NCBI RefSeq assembly: GCF_964213995.1
Contig: NC_135830.1
Span: forward strand, 11,966,001-12,030,000
Source: Mustelus asterias
Taxonomy: Eukaryota
DNA length: 64,000 nt
Direction of reading: 5' to 3'
In this document: positions 25,336 through 36,693 of the stretch, in pieces
Position numbering within the stretch: position 1 is the first letter of the stretch
Layout of the letters: each line of letters begins with the position of its first letter
Program-made: the position numbers and the translations under genes
The notes under the pieces: generated by a model
What the model saw: only the letters and a program-made list of their open reading frames with translations
Told to the model about the DNA's origin: nothing
Database searches by the model: none

Positions 25336-25665
25336 GGCACGGTAGCACAGTGGTTAGTACTGCTGCTTCACAGCTCCAGGGACCTGGGTTCGATTCCCGG
25401 CTTGGGTCACTGTCTGTGTGGAGTTTGCACATTCTCCTCGTGTCTGCGTGGATTTCCTCCGGGTACTCCGGTTTCCTCCCACAGTCCAAAGATGTGCTGG
25501 TTAGGTTGATTGGCCATGCTGAAATTGCCCCTTAGTGTCCTGAGATGTGTAGGTTAGCGGGATTCGTGGGTAAATATATAGGGATATGGGGGTAGGGCCT
25601 GGGTGGGATTGTGGTCGGTGCAGACTCGATGGGCCGAATGGCCTCCTTCTGCACTGTAGGGTTTA
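25336..25665 (+). mobile_element. HE1/V-SINE-like SINE
   Basis: CGGCACGGTAGCACAGTGGTTAG... full copy. Confidence 0.9.
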
Positions 25666-26092
25666 AAAAAAAACAGCCTGGCGAGTCAATCAGCCACTCC
25701 GACATACAATACAGTAATTGTTCAATAATTGCCTCAGTGTTTCATGAGATAAATCTCGCAGTCACGGCTGAGCCACTCCCCTGATGGTAAGATTTAAATA
25801 AACGGATTGATCCTGAATGAACCAAATCCTGGAGCAAGCCTGAGTCACAATAATCAGAATCGGGTTTAACTGTCATCATCTGCTTTGTAAAATGGAAATA
25901 TTCCCCCCATAAAGCACTGACTGTTACCCAGCTCTGACAGCCAGCTCACCGGCCTGCCGATTCAAACTGTCACTGGGAACACCAGGAAGTGAAGTCAGAA
26001 CATCCTGAGGCATCAGCAGATTATTGAGGGCGGGGTTTAGAACGGGTGTCTTCAAAATCCCCAACTCCCTTTTTACAGAGTGGACAGAGACA

Positions 26093-26557
26093 ATGCGGCT
26101 GCTCAGCATCTGCGTTGTGTGGGCAACATGTCTGACAGGTAAATGTGGACCAAACACATTTCAATTTAAAAAAAAATATTTTTGAAACATTATCTGAAAC
26201 AAAATTTTCAACATTGGTCGGTCAGATATTCTTATATTTGTTTTTCAGATCTGATTCATGGAGATTCTGTCACTCAGTCGCCGTCCTCAGAAGTTAGGGC
26301 AGAAGGAGAAACGGTGACTTTACATTGTAAATATGATACTGAAATGAACTACTACTATCTATACTGGTACCGGCAGCACCCAGACTCACAGCCTGAGTTC
26401 ATATTGTGGAAATATTCGGGCAGCCGTGAAGATAAAGCCTATTTTGCCAAAAACCGTTTCTTTGCTGAACTCCAGACCGAGAATAAATTTACCAGTTTAT
26501 CCATCTCGGGTCTGAAGCTGACTGACGCCGCCGCGTATTACTGCGCGCTTTCAGACG
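26093..26557 (+). CDS. TRAV: Potentially functional TCR alpha/delta V segment (leader 26093-26138, V exon 26249-26557)
   Basis: MRLLSICVVWATCLT|GT..AG|DLIHGDSVTQ...LHCKY...YWYRQ...DAAAYYCALSD; open frame; phase-1 intron. Confidence 0.92.
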
Positions 26558-26596
26558 CACAGTGGTACAAAGCAAGCTTAGCCCTGTACAAAAACT
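26558..26596 (+). other. Recombination signal sequence (23-RSS)
   Basis: CACAGTG-23 bp-ACAAAAACT. Confidence 0.95.
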
Positions 26597-27499
26597 GCCT
26601 TTCACTGCAGAATGCAGCTGCTGCCTGTTGGGGCCTGTGGAGGATTGTAGTAGATGCAGCCGCAATGTGCAGCGAAAGGAAACCAAACTCAATTCGAATG
26701 AAACTGTTCCCAGGAGAGACTGAGAAAACAAACTTCAGAATTCAATCAGACAAACAGATCATCGCAGAATCACATTAGAAGACACCCGTTCGAAATCCCG
26801 CCCTTAATAACTTGTTCTCTTCCCCCGGGATGCTCTTGCCTCACCTCCGTGTCTGTCTCTGGTTCTCTGAGGCCAGTTGGTGGTGATCTGGGGTTGATAT
26901 TGAAAGAGAAGTGTCCGAGCCTGGTTACAGTCAGTGTCCTGACAGGGGAATCGCCGGACTTTCAGAGACTGGGGAGGAGGAAGTGGTGGCCGGGGAATGT
27001 AAGTCTGGTCTGTAAATTATCATCAGAAAATTCCGGATTGTTCGTGTTGACAAGAACCGCACCAGCTTCCAGGAAACATTCTGAAGCTCAGTGCTCACTG
27101 AGGAAAATCTCCTTGGGGTTGTTTTAAAGCTCATAGTCACCCCTTTGCGAAATCTATGTTTATAAGTTTTCTTTGATCCAGCAACGCACTCTGATTAAAT
27201 AAAGCGTGTGAACAGGCTGTGGTCGAAGGCTCCACGAAACTGGGAGACAGATGGAGAGAGGGTTGTTCAATGTCACAGACAGTCACGGAAAACACATCGA
27301 AGGAAAAAGAAATAAATTCAAGTTATGAAGTAAATTTATGAATGTTGTTTTCAACATAACTACACTGGATTTAAGCAGTGCAATTCCATAGGTTTTCCTG
27401 ACTTGTTTGGTTGTTGTGAGGTTCCAGGTGACTCTGACTTTGAAAGCGGAATTTTTGCTTATGTTTAGCAGTGAGAGCGCTGACTGGAACTCCCAGTAT

Positions 27500-27760
27500 G
27501 TTTTTTTAGTGTCCTGGGTCTGTTACTTCTCTGTAGCAGTGTTGGCTCTATAGCACAAGCATCAACGAGGGTGTCAGAAAGAACACCTCCTGTGATATTT
27601 CAAGGGAAAACTTTGTTTCCTTGTCAAAATCAGCAGCGAGTGTAACTCCAAGAACTGTTTGCCTTCAGTAAATGTGTCACAGCTCCCGCAGACACTGGAG
27701 GAGCAGGTCAGAGTTGGGGCACTGTGGTTGTCTTGTGTCGGCAGTCCAATGTTAATGAGG
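27500..27760 (-). pseudogene. Highly decayed TCR V remnant
   Basis: Minus strand GCTGCTGATTTTGACAAGGAAACAAAG...TCTGACACC...TGTGCT resembles the 34.8-kb V (SADLDQDKK...SDSAVYHCA). Confidence 0.45.
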
Positions 27761-27849
27761 CGCAGTCCTTTTAGAACTCTGCATTAACAATTCAGAATTT
27801 TCTGACGATAATCTACAGACCAGGGTTACATCCCCCCGCAACTCCCCAG

Positions 27850-28290
27850 CCCGATCAAAAGGACGTGGAAGTTTTGGAGAGAGTTCAAAGAAGGTTCCCC
27901 AGGATGGTGCACGGACTCGAGGGTGCTGGCTATGAGGAGTATGTATAGACTAGGATTGTTTTTACTGAAAGGCGGAGGCTGAGGGAAGACCTGGTGGGGA
28001 TCTACAACATCGCGGGAGGCATAGACAGGGTGGACGTGTCAATTACAAGGTGAGAGGGGGGAAGTTTAAGGGAGATGTGCAGGGGAGGTGGTGAGTGCCT
28101 GGAACACGCCGCTGTGTTGGAAGCATGCACATTAGCAACATTTAAGAGGCATCTGGATGGGTACATGAATAGGGAGGAAATAGAGGGATCCGGACTGGGT
28201 AGGGGCAGAAGGATGTTTTTGTAGTTTAGTTAGGGCACCATGCTTGGTACAGGTTTGGAGGGCCGAAGGGCCGGTTCCAGTGCTGTACTT
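27850..28290 (+). mobile_element. CR1 LINE 3' fragment
   Basis: LERVQRRFPRM-type sequence and CR1 3'UTR. Confidence 0.75.
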
Positions 28291-28539
28291 TTCTTTTTTC
28301 TTTTCTTTGTTCTGTTTATTCTGGAGTATCCTGGAACACTGAATCCTCGCAACTGGTCTCTGAAACACAGATAAACTGGTCTCTGCGTCCATGCGTTGAT
28401 TGGATCCAACCTGACAACTCTTTCAGAAATGAACTAATCGGCAAAGACCTTGGATGTGGCTCAACGCGAACCCAACTGCTCAGAAGGAATGATTTCGGAT
28501 TCAGCCCGTTCAGTTCAAATTCGGCGCCAGCTCCCTCAA

Positions 28540-29368
28540 ATGGTTTCTACATTTTGTTCATTTCTCACAACTGCAGTTCTCTTAACTGGTGCGATTACAA
28601 ACTACAAAACCTTCTTCCAACAAGCAGTGTGTTCTGTGTTTTGTCTCTAAAGTAAAGCGTTTATTGTTTAGTCACAAGTAGGCTTACATTCACACTGTAA
28701 TGAAGTTACTATGAAAATCTCCGAGTCATCACACATCAGCACCTGTTCGGGTGCATTGATGGAGAATTTAGCATGGCCAATTTACCTAACCTGAACGTCA
28801 TTGGACTGTGGGAGGCAACTAGATCACTCCGACGCAGACACAGGGAGAATGTACAAACTCTACACAGACAGTGTACGAAAGCCGGAAATCAAACTCAGTC
28901 CCTGGCGCTGTGAGGTAGCAGTGCTAACCACCGTGCCACCGTGCCGCCCTATTTCCAATGTGCTCCATCTCCTAATGATATTGAGGATAAATGAATTATG
29001 ATAAAAGCTTAAGGATATGTGTTTCTAAATTCCTGCAGGTGTTACTGCTGAGGACTCGGTCTCACATGAGCGGGTTGCAGCGACACATTTTGAAAGAGAC
29101 TCGGTTACCATTAATTTCAACCATTCGACCACAGCTGCGTCATATTGCTTACAGCTGTACCGTCAGTACCGGGGCAAAGCCACATTGCTAACTACGGAGA
29201 TGTTTTCAGAGCAGATGACGCGAGGAATAGATTTTATGCATTTTTCCGCACTTCCAAAACAGAGGGGAATTTCACCACCTGTTAGCCGCGGTTGTCTGAC
29301 AGCGCGTTGTATTACTGCGGACTGAGATACCCAGTGAAATGAACTAGAGGTTGCCTCATACAAGAACA
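28540..29368 (+). pseudogene. TRAV: TCR V pseudogene (leader 28540-28588, SINE in intron, V exon ~29039-29329, RSS)
   Basis: MVSTFCSFLTTAVLLT|GT; GVTAEDSVS...TINF (Cys23 lost)...LYRQY...DSALYYCGLR; CCCAGTG-23-ACAAGAACA. Confidence 0.8.
28661..28949 (-). mobile_element. V-SINE-like SINE with alternative 3' tail
   Basis: Same head as the HE1-like copies; tail TAACTTCATTACAGTGTGAATGTAAGCCTACTTGTGAC. Confidence 0.8.
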
Positions 29369-29782
29369 CTGCCGCAGTGTAAAATGATGAATGGAATAGA
29401 GGGCAGAATAGAGGAGCGACATATCGCTAATCACTTAACAAAGGAGAAGTTGGGAGAATGTATCCACAAGATAGATCGCATCAGCGCCCAACAGAGATGT
29501 TAGATGGGAGACTTGATTCACTCAGTACTGAGCAATTGGGTAGAACCGTTTAAAGTGTATTTGATAAACCACACTTTTTAGCCTATGTTAAATTGGAAGC
29601 TTCACCTATTCACTGCCATTGTCCCGCTTTGTTTGATATGTCACTACCACAGAGAACATCGGAGAACATCTTCCCAATTGACCCCGTCTCAAACTCATTC
29701 TGATTAGTGACAGTGATTCAAATACTTGGAACATCTTCATCCACATTCAACACTTGTATTTCGTTCTTCAAGGCGATCTTCA

Positions 29783-30134
29783 AGGGCGGCACGGTAGCAC
29801 AGTGGTTAGCACTGCTGCTTCACAGCTCCAGGGACCTGGGTTCGATTCCCGGCTCGGGTCACTGTCTGTGTTGAGTTTGCACATTCTCCTCGTGTCTGTG
29901 TGGGTTTCCTCCGGGTGCTGCGGTTTCCTTCCACAGTCCAAAGATGTGCGGGTTAGGTTGATTGGCCATGCTAAAATTGCCCCTTCGTGTCTTGAGATGG
30001 GTAGGTTAGAGGGATTAGCGGGTAAATATGTAGGGATATGGGGGTAGGGCCTGGGTGGGATTGTGGTCGGTGTAGACTCGATGGGCCGAATAGCCTCTTT
30101 CTACACTGTAGGGTTTCTATGTCTATGTTCTATG
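29783..30134 (+). mobile_element. HE1/V-SINE-like SINE
   Basis: Full copy with TTCTATG tail. Confidence 0.9.
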
Positions 30135-30379
30135 TTATTTCGTTCAAGTCAATTGAAGGTAAAAATGTCTCTTAAATCAATTGGAATGAACCTGTCTGTG
30201 TTTACTCGTCTCACTCTGATCAGCAGAGTGTATCGTCAAAGTCATATCTGTCATGAATATGTGCTTAAATCAGTGACGTCATACCAATGAAATCCGGTGA
30301 TCTCAGCTCGTTCTGTGGACGTCAGACCAGCCTCAGCCAATGCTCTCAGCTTTATCATTTTCGCTCTACTGTCTGTTTG

Positions 30380-30641
30380 GAGCGACACGGTAGCACAGTG
30401 GTTACCACTGCTGCTTTACAGCGCCAAGGACCCAGGTTCGATTCGCGGCTTGGGTCACTGTCTGTGCAGAGTGTGCACGCTCTCCCCGTGTCTGCGTGGG
30501 TCTCCTCCCACGTTCTGAAAGATGTGCTGGCTGGGTGCATTGACCGTAACAGGCGCCGGACAGTGGCAACTAGGGGAATTTCACAGTAACTTCATTGCAG
30601 TGTTAATGTAAGCCTGACTTATGACTAATAAATAAACTTTA
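30380..30641 (+). mobile_element. V-SINE-like SINE with alternative tail, between a V promoter and its leader
   Basis: Head plus CAGTAACTTCATTGCAGTGTTAATGTAAGCC...AATAAATAAAC tail. Confidence 0.8.
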
Positions 30642-30675
30642 AACAATTCCTGGGAATCCAGGAGCAGCAGCAACA

Positions 30676-31990
30676 ATGCGGCTCGCCGGTCTCACTGTGA
30701 TCTGGGTGACATTCATTGTCGGTACGAAGTTTAAAATTTCAAAAAAGAGTGAACAGTAGTTTAATTTCTGGAGGGAAAAGTCAAGTATCGAGCCTGCCAT
30801 AGAGCGCACTTGCGTCTTTGCTCTTGTCTTTTTCTTACAGGAGGAGAGGTTGGCAAAACGCACAGCAAACCCTGTTCCAGAATTGGGAGATGACATCTAT
30901 CCGAATGCAATGTAAACAGTATGGTTAATTTCTCTTCTGGTGAGAAGACAAAAGGATAACCTGATCTTATCATGATACACCAAGGGTGTATTAACAATGA
31001 CGAAGAGCTTTGATGTGGTGGGCACGGAGAGGCTGATTCCACTTGGGGAGGATCCCATATCTATGTCCCATAAATCTAAGCGAAACAAGAAGATCTACTG
31101 GAAATTGTAGAGAATCTTCTTCAGAACGATTTCTGTAGAAAGTGATTCAAATTGACAGAATGTTCACTTGATGAGAGGAGTAAAGACAGTTAGGGGAAAA
31201 CCAGATAAACAGCTGAGGGAGAAAGAGAAAGAGGCATTTGAATGAGGCGAGAGGGAGTTTTCTCCTGGGGATTGTAAACGGAGACGTAGATCAGCTGGAG
31301 CGAATGTGTTAAAATTTGATACCTATTTTTATGTTACACTGTGATTTTTCACCCTCGGTTCAGTTGAACATTCAATATTTTTTTTCTTTAACCGTGCGTT
31401 CCAGATCTGACCGATGAGATTCTGTTACTCAGCGGGAACCCTCACTCACACGGACAGAGGGAGAAAGTGTCACGTTAACCTTCACCCATACCAATAACAC
31501 TTATTATTTATTCTGGTATCGCTAATATCCTTGGAGGCAGCCCGAGTTTGTAGTACAGAGGTACAAGAACGGCGGTTCTGAAATAACGGGCGGCACAGTG
31601 ATTACCTCGACTGCCTCACAGCACCAGGGACCCAGGTTCGATTCCGGCCTCGGGTCACTGTCTGTGTGGAGTTTTCACATTCTCCCCGGTCTGTGTGGGT
31701 TTCTTACGGGTGCTCCAGCTTCCTCCCACAGTCCAAAGATGTGTCGATTAAGTTGATTGGCCATGATAAATTACCCCTTAATGTCAGGGGGAATCAGGAG
31801 GGTAGATATGTGAGGTTCCGGGGATAGGACAGTACCTGGGTGGGATTACTGTCAGTGCAGGCTCAAGGGGCCAAATGGCCTCCTTCTGCAGTGTATGATA
31901 AAGGCGGATTTCGCTCAGACCCGGTTTTCTGATACAATCCAGCAGTCACAGAAGTTGTTCTGATTGAAGATTTCGGAACTGCGGCACGGA
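30676..31990 (+). pseudogene. TRAV: TCR V pseudogene (leader 30676-30721; V exon from 31405, split by SINE 31587-31896)
   Basis: MRLAGLTVIWVTFIV|GT; DSVTQREPSLTRTEGESVTLTF...YYLFWYR*...[SINE]...KADFAQTRFS...; 3' end lost. Confidence 0.8.
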
Positions 31991-33112
31991 GTCTCACGGT
32001 GGTCGGAACGAGTGAAATCCTCTTACCAAAACTGCTGCAGTTTTCTAGGTCACAGCTGCTGTCTGTTGAGACCTGTTTCCAACAGCGAGACACACACTGA
32101 CGCTGGAATACATTCCCATGATCTCGGGCGCCGACCACAATCAGTGTAACAGTTATAGAAACAAAAAGCAGGAGTGGGCCATTCGGCCCTTCTAGCCTGC
32201 TCCGCCATTCATTTTGATCATGACTGATCACCAAATTCAATATCCTCACCCCACCCCCCTCACTTCCCCCCCATATTCCTTGACCCCCCCCCCCCCTTTA
32301 GCCCCAAGACCTATATCTAATTCCTTCTTAAAATCAGACAACGGTTTGGCCTCAACTATTTTATCTGGTAGTGAATGGCACAGATTCACCAATCTCTGTG
32401 CGAAGAAATTTCTCCTGTGTTTTCAATAAATGATTAGAATCTGACGAACACTGACTAACAGAGTAAATGATCTCTCAGGATAGGTTTGGTGTGTTCTGGG
32501 CACAGGAACTGTTGGTAAGAAATTCGACTGAATGCAAAAACCTAATTGAGAACAGCGTCGCAAAGTTTCTTAAGCACAGCGTTTATTGCCAATAAACGCT
32601 GGCTTAGCCAGCGACGGCAAACTTCCAAAAACGTTTTTTTAAAAAAAATGCGATAACCATCAGAAGCTTTGGGGGGAAATCCGAAAACACCGGATAAGTC
32701 TTTATGCTCAGATAAAGACTTCGTTCATTTATCCCCTGCATTTCTCTGAGTGTTATTCACCGGTTGTTACATATACCTGTGCTCTGTATCTCCTTTAACG
32801 GCTGGAACACAATATCTAATATTTTTTCTCAGCATTTCTATCACAACTTATTTAACTTACGGTGTCGTATATATCTTCCAGACATATCTTTACGTTATGT
32901 TCAAAATGTGTTTGATGTAAATGGCACAGTGGAACCCTCCCCCGCTGCTGCACCTGTTTCTTTCCGCTTGTTACAAATTTGGATTTATTTTGGATCAGAA
33001 AAACAGTTGATAGTTTCAGAGAGCAAAGATTCCATCCTCACCCGCGTGCCCAAATCGCTATTCCCTTTGTCACACTGGGCAGTGTTTTTTTGCACGACAC
33101 TCCCTCCGATTC

Positions 33113-33452
33113 ATAGAATCATAGAAACCCCTACAGTGCAGAAGGAGGCCATTCGGCCCATCGAGTCTGCACCGACCACAATCCCACCCAGGCCCTATCC
33201 CCACATATTCACCCGCTAATCCCTCTAACCTACGCATCCCAGGACTCTAAGGGGCAATTTTTAAACCTGACCAATCAACCTAACCCGCACATCTTTGGAC
33301 TGTGGGAGGAAACCGGAGCACCCGGAGGAAACCAACGCAGACACGAGGAGAATGTGCAAACTCCACACAGACAGTGACCCGAGCCGGGAATCGAACCCGG
33401 GACCCTGGAGCTGTGAAGCAGCAGTGCTAACCACTGTGCTACCGTGCCGCCC
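33113..33452 (-). mobile_element. HE1/V-SINE-like SINE inserted in an RSS spacer
   Basis: Full copy lying between heptamer 33457-33463 and nonamer-like GCAAAAAAA 33085-33093. Confidence 0.9.
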
Positions 33453-33463
33453 CTGTCACTGTG

Positions 33464-33987
33464 TCTCTCAGTCCACAGTAATACACCGCACTGCCAGACA
33501 GCAGTGGATGGTGAAATTCCTCTCGCTTTTCCAGATGTCAATAGATGCAGAAATTCGAGTCCCCACTCCCTCTGCCCTGAAAACATCTCTATAATTAGAA
33601 TTGAATACCTAGAACGTTGGTGCTTTCCCCCAGTACTGCCCGTACCGTTGAAAAGAATATGTATCATCAGTGGTTGAATAGCTGAAATCAATTGTCATCG
33701 ATACTTCATCGAACTTCATCGCTGTAACTGGTCGCTGGGAGACAGAATCTGCACCATTCAGACCTGCAAAAGAATAGAATTACGAAATTTAACTCACTAT
33801 TATCACTTTGTTAGAAAAACAATGTGATCAGGGTAATTGAATACATTACGAATAGAGGGAAAACACCGTTGAAAGGGAAGATATCTATATCATTATCATG
33901 AGCAAGCTGGAACTTATAAAACTTGTGAACTTACCCCTTCAGTGCGTTGAAGCTGTGAGGAATGAATAAAGATTAACACACAGCATG
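33464..33987 (-). pseudogene. TRAV: TCR V pseudogene (leader ~33936-33987, V exon ~33464-33763)
   Basis: GLNGADSVSQRP...GQYWGKAPTF*...SAVYYCGLR + CACAGTG; stops in leader and V; paralogous to the 29.0-kb V. Confidence 0.85.
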
Positions 33988-34741
33988 CTCACAGAGCTGA
34001 TGCTGGATCTGAACTCAGTGAGTTCGAAATGCTTTAGTTCAGAGTTCATAAAATGTTGAGTAATATCCGGCCTCACTCGCGATTGCTTTATTCCTGACTG
34101 ACAGAGCCAGCAGGACACAGCTCCTTTGTCCTACATTTCATCCAATCAGCTCAGAATGTCTTTGTTCGCTAATCCATGACGTCAGAACGAGGAGCTGGAA
34201 CCATTGGAATCTGTTCTCAGGACAATGAAGTGGACAGAAAAACATCAGAGAATAGGGAGCAGGAGCTGGAATGGACCATTTCCTCCTCCTTTAGGGACTG
34301 CTGCGGAATTCAATATCATCATGGTTGATGCACCTCACATCCATCTTGCTGCAGAACCTCCAAGTTACTTTTTTCCCTGAATAGCCACAATCTATCAATT
34401 GCCTGATAGAAAACTGAACGACTGAACAACCAAGGCTCTCTGTGACACAGAAAGGACATTTAAGTGAATTTCGTTCATCCTAAGGAGTTAAACTTTGAGA
34501 AATGGCACTGATGGGTATTGGAAAATTTTGGGATAGAAACGCCAGATTCTCCCATTGAGAACTGCTCCGAAACCGGAAATTACCTGAAAGAGGGATTTTC
34601 AATCGAATGACACGCATTCAGCACCACAGAAAGAGATCGTTCTGGCCAGCTGTAGATTCTTATAAGACTTTGTTTATATTGACAATTCACAATCTCTGTC
34701 ACAGATCTAATTGAGTGAGAGGAAGTGAGAGTGCCTTTGCT

Positions 34742-34780
34742 GGTTTTTGTGCGGGCTGCCTGTGCCTCTGTAACACTGTG
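34742..34780 (-). other. Consensus 23-RSS
   Basis: CACAGTG-23 bp-ACAAAAACC. Confidence 0.95.
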
Positions 34781-35218
34781 GGGTTCAGCGCACAGTGATA
34801 CACGGCAGAGTCAGAGACTCGGACCCCGGTGATATTTAAAGCAACTGTTTTCTTGTCTTGGTCCAAATCAGCAGAAAACCGGTTGGAGAAATCTGAAGAC
34901 CTTTCTCCGTCCCCCATGCTATATATATTCAGTAAATATCTGGGAGCTTCCCCGGGATACTGGACGTACCAGAAGAGAGTCGGGATAAACATTTTTGTTA
35001 TGTAACTGCAATTCAATATTACCATATGTCCTTCCTCAACCGTTAATTCCGTTGGCACCTGGGAAACTGAATCTTGGCTACTGGTTCCTGTAACAACATA
35101 TAGAATGTGTGAGAAATCTGTGAGTAAATATAACTCATGAAACGCACACTGAGGATTTTAGCTCAGACTCACCGGACAGCATGACTATTATTATCAGTAA
35201 AGCACACAGGGGAAACAT
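34781..35218 (-). CDS. TRAV: Potentially functional TCR alpha V segment (leader 35173-35218, V exon 34781-35087)
   Basis: MFPLCALLIIIVMLS|GT..AG|GTSSQDSVSQ...LNCSY...FWYVQYPGEAP...SDSAVYHCALN; open frame and perfect RSS. Confidence 0.92.
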
Positions 35219-35371
35219 GTTTCCCGATTAGACAGTAAACAGCGACACTGTTCAAAATATTTTGTTCTTTCTCGTCTTATATCACAGAGTCAACTCAGAT
35301 CAGAGGCAGCTTCAATTATTGGGAAAGTGGGTTTTTATTCTCAGTGCTGCAATTGGCTGGCCTCCCTGAGA

Positions 35372-35379
35372 TGACGTCA
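35372..35379. promoter_or_regulatory. CRE (TGACGTCA) in a V promoter; also at 34177-34184 and 30274-30281
   Basis: Perfect palindrome roughly 140-190 bp upstream of three V leaders (discounting the SINE at 30380), with CCAAT nearby. Confidence 0.6.
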
Positions 35380-35489
35380 GCTCTGGACCAATAACTGTTA
35401 AGCTTAAGACAGCTGACACTCCGCAATAACAGCCTCCCCCGGTTGTGTTTGCCTGGGGGACTCTCTCTGTTGCTCTGTCTCACATCACT

Positions 35490-35725
35490 CCTTCGCTCGC
35501 GGCCTTTTGGCTAATCTCAAGTGGAAGCGCTCAGGCTGGCGTCACCTAAAACGTTTTTCACCTGTAATTTTTCAAAGCCATCTCGGCCTTTTGGCGACGA
35601 TGCAGCTCAGATCAAGTCCGGGAGGGAGTCCAATGCCTCATCCTGTCAGCTTGAATCTTCTTTGATCAAGCCCAAGATGAGATGTGTATTGTTTTCTTGT
35701 CAGCTTGGATCTGGTTTGTCCCTCA
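35490..35725 (+). pseudogene. RNU2: Composite U2 snRNA-derived sequence (several partial 5' U2 copies)
   Basis: CGGCCTTTTGGCTAATCTCAAGTG, TCTCGGCCTTTTGGC...AGATCAAGT and AAGATGAGATGTGTATTGTTTTCTTGTCAGCTT resemble U2 nt ~1-75. Confidence 0.65.
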
Positions 35726-35972
35726 TGTGGTAACTCTGATTGGACTTTATTGGTTTTCCTGATGAGGAATAAAGTACTAAAATGTACAAAAATCACTCAT
35801 TCTGTCTCTAACTCGGTTTAACTCGCTTTCCTTCGAACATGATATCTATACTGTTCCTGAGAGCGATCATTCTCTGTAATAAAGGTGAAAGATTAAATAA
35901 ATAATTCTAAATCAGTTTATTTCGCAGGCATTAATGAGGGAGCATGAACATTAATAGTTGCTGCTTTCATTA

Positions 35973-36195
35973 TGATGTGGAGTTGCCGGCGTTGGACTGG
36001 GGTACGCACAGTAAGTAGTCTCAGAACACCAGGTTAAAGTCCAACAGGTTTATTTGGTAGCACGAGCTCTCAGAGGGCCGATCTTTCATCAGGTGAGTGC
36101 CTATAATGAAGGATGATGAAGGAGCGGCGCTCCGAAACGTCGTGCTATCAAATGAACCTGTTCGACTTTAACCTGGTGTTGTGAGGCTACTTACT
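35973..36195. mobile_element. Palindromic Penelope terminal-repeat-derived mini-element
   Basis: Arms AACACCAGGTTAAAGTCCAACAGGTT / AACCTGTTCGACTTTAACCTGGTGTT; hammerhead-like cores at the centre. Confidence 0.8.
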
Positions 36196-36693
36196 CTTTT
36201 AAATACAGCTGGAAAAGTATTCATCCATCTCCATATCGAGATGCAGTTCTTGAGGGATGCTCTTGTACCGTTAAAGTACTAATTTCAGTCAGTCACTATT
36301 TTAACCCAGAAACTCTGTGACAACTCTGAGTGTGCCTTTGATATTGTGTCACTTTTAAACCGTGTTCCCTGACAGAGAATCACATGATACAAAAAGTTTA
36401 AATGTACAAATAGATTAACTTGTTTGCTCGGGAGATCTGCGAGTTGTGTGAATGGGATCAGGAAATGATTGGATTTGATCCAGGATTAATCTGAGCGCCA
36501 AATATCAGCGTTCCCAGCAGTGATAATCATTGATCTCACCGAGGGAAAACCACTCACTTGCGGCTCAATGCCGCGTTCATTATCTATACCTTTTCTATGA
36601 AATTCAAACCCATATGTTTTCCTGACACCGAACACTTGGTTGCCGACCTATCCCGCTTTGGGTATGAGGCCCGCGGGAGCCTCATTCACTGTG

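Noticed and set aside
24690-25800. Possible further V remnants and promoter relic
   Set aside because: Only short, ambiguous similarities; no framework motif or RSS could be supported
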